Of a DNA stretch of 64,000 bases, positions 63,106-64,000 are shown piece after piece. Made by a program: the position numbers and the translations under genes. How positions within the stretch are numbered: the stretch's first letter is position 1; every line of letters begins with the position of its first letter. The DNA is from Parasitella parasitica NRRL 2501. Taxonomy: Eukaryota; Fungi; Mucoromycota. The stretch lies in the NCBI GenBank assembly GCA_025201805.1, contig MU619374.1:23035-87034 (forward strand), in the 5' to 3' direction. The notes under the pieces were generated by a model. That model worked only from the letters and a program-made list of their open reading frames with translations. It was not told where the DNA came from and ran no database searches.

Positions 63106-63312
63106 TTATTCGTCTTGAGTGCATTTATAAACACTACAAGCATAGCCTGTACCATCAGGGCTACACAAGCACAAATTGCAGTCAATCCGGAATTCAGTGT
63201 TGGGTTCACACGTCAATGAGGAGAGGTTGTCATGGGAGTCTTCATCTGATAAAGGCATAGAAAAGGCAATGGCGACGAGACTAGCGGCAAATAAGGTAAA
63301 TGTCATTTTCAT
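63106..63312 (-). CDS. Secreted single-domain pacifastin-type protease inhibitor
   Basis: Signal peptide, acidic spacer and CEPNTEFRIDCNLCLCSPDGTGYACSVYKC; TATAAATA about 40 bp upstream. Confidence 0.82.
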   Translation of the reverse strand: MKMTFTLFAASLVAIAFSMPLSDEDSHDNLSSLTCEPNTEFRIDCNLCLCSPDGTGYACSVYKCTQDE

Positions 63313-64000
63313 TTTGTGTGATAACCGAAAGAAGATGGTTTTTTTTTTCCTATTTATAAAAGTATCTGTATAGAACCCCTCCTAAATACTGAATTCAGAA
63401 AAAGGAGACAGTATTGGTGTGTAAACCAAATAGGCTCCCTCAACGACATGAAAACTAGCTTTCATGCATATAAATACATTTAGAGCTAGTAAAATTGAAG
63501 CCAGTATTTCAGGGTTCTCTTGGAGGCTATCTATTCTATTTTTGAACGCCTTACATGAAAAAATCTGATACATGTTCAAGGGAAACCTGTTGGATTAGGT
63601 GTAGTCGATCATCAAACCACTGTTGAAACTTGGGCCCTGGTGCTCTGTATCTTATATAATAAAATAATGGTGTTTTTACGAATTACTAAAGTTGTGGTAT
63701 ATAGGGGGTATCCTTAGGGATTAGCGCCACGTATACAGTACTAGACGTTGACATTAAAAGAAAGTCTACTGCTAATATCTGGTGCGAACTACCACCATCA
63801 TATAAATCTCACCCTCCTCGCTGTTATCTACCCTTCTCTCATTTTTACCAACAACTGCAATTGGTAAAAATTATCAGGTTCATACAGTTTATTAAACTAG
63901 AAATTACAGTCTATAATTACCCTCAAAAAAGACCCCTCAAATTATATTGTGTAATAAACCTTATAATAAAAGGTACCGAGGATTTGATCAATTTTTTTTT

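Noticed and set aside
1-64000. tRNA, rRNA or CRISPR arrays
   Set aside because: None recognisable by eye; tRNAscan-SE and Infernal were not run

Overview
Gene-dense, intron-rich eukaryotic DNA from an early-diverging fungus, most likely Mucorales (short GT-AG introns of about 55-75 nt; species cannot be fixed from sequence alone). Bases 1-55,500 hold about 25 mostly housekeeping genes: DDHD phospholipase, U-box cyclophilin, C2H2 transcription factor, Shp1/p47, CIA1, FAR1/WRKY-type Q-rich transcription factor, F-box, PPR, Apd1, Prm10, a degenerate kinesin, MFS transporter, mitochondrial S7, Bos1, RPL19, Lto1, Gyp2/Mdr1, Rom-type RhoGEF, CsbD, Sla2 and IF1, plus a decayed SUB2/UAP56 copy. The last 8 kb is an accessory, transposon-rich block. 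It contains a frameshifted MULE transposase and two small secreted pacifastin-type protease-inhibitor genes, a family characterised in arthropods. Between those two genes lies a decayed Tc1/mariner-type Fanzor (TnpB-like) element. That Fanzor is split by a 5'-truncated L1-like retroelement insertion (15-bp target-site duplication, TT/AAAA site, poly-A). The insertion carries a second, different TnpB/Fanzor-like ORF in antisense, followed by a candidate structured omega-RNA-like region. All family assignments come from motif recognition by eye; no database searches were run.
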